DNA from: Octopus sinensis
Taxonomy: Eukaryota
NCBI RefSeq assembly: GCF_006345805.1
Contig: NC_043009.1
Location: forward strand, 23,932,001 to 23,996,000
Direction: 5' to 3'
Length of the DNA stretch: 64,000 bases
Shown piece after piece: positions 63,668 through 64,000 of this stretch. The notes below the pieces were generated by a model, which saw only the letters and a list, made by a program, of their open reading frames with translations, was not told where the DNA came from and made no database searches. A program made the translations under genes and the position numbers. Position 1 is the first letter of the stretch, and every line of letters begins with the position of its first letter.

Positions 63668-63709
<42 letters not shown>

Positions 63710-64000
63710 TATCTATGTGCATACATACGCGTGAATATACACACACACGCGCACTCACGTACACGCACACACGTACACGCACACACACCACACACACACA
63801 CACACACTCAAGCTCATACACTCACCAGCGTTACTGATGCAATGTCCAGTCACACTGATACTGCCAGCTTCCTGTCCAACCACGCGGTCAAATAAATTCT
63901 CCTTTCAATATTCATTACAATATCATCTGACCTGCCTTCACCAATAGTGGCTCATATACCCGTTGCCATCTTGGACTTCCTGTATCCATTTTACATTCCC

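Overview
This is AT-rich, microsatellite-dense animal DNA. The SINE and repeat landscape suggests an octopod cephalopod (inference, no database check). Two things stand out. (1) A tandem cluster of an unrecognised four-exon secreted-protein family lies on the + strand. Gene A is join(368..464,3540..3752,7098..7181,10053..10396), 245 aa. Gene B is join(19803..19899,25542..25727,28685..28768,30383..30717), 233 aa. Gene D is join(51274..51364,56571..56783,59147..59230,60591..60937), 244 aa. An orphan exon 2/3 pair, C, lies at 42390..42611 and 43290..43373. The layout is signal peptide, acidic spacer, Cys-containing beta-rich core, then tail. All introns are phase 1, exon 3 is always 84 nt, and the paralogs are mosaic. 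(2) Two diverged L1/Tx1-type LINEs (ORF1 with CCHC; ORF2 with APE, RT and zf-RVT) are each wrapped in Penelope-style terminal repeats: a full 3' repeat, a partial 5' direct repeat and an overlapping 5' inversion. The repeats carry a minimal hammerhead ribozyme whose helices covary between the two elements. The window also holds a 494-bp tandem non-coding hammerhead (retrozyme-like) unit, several Penelope GIY-YIG/pLTR remnants with further hammerhead motifs, CR1, RTE, R4-like, Helitron and Gypsy fragments, and many tRNA-derived SINEs. All folds and alignments were done by eye and need computational and experimental confirmation.
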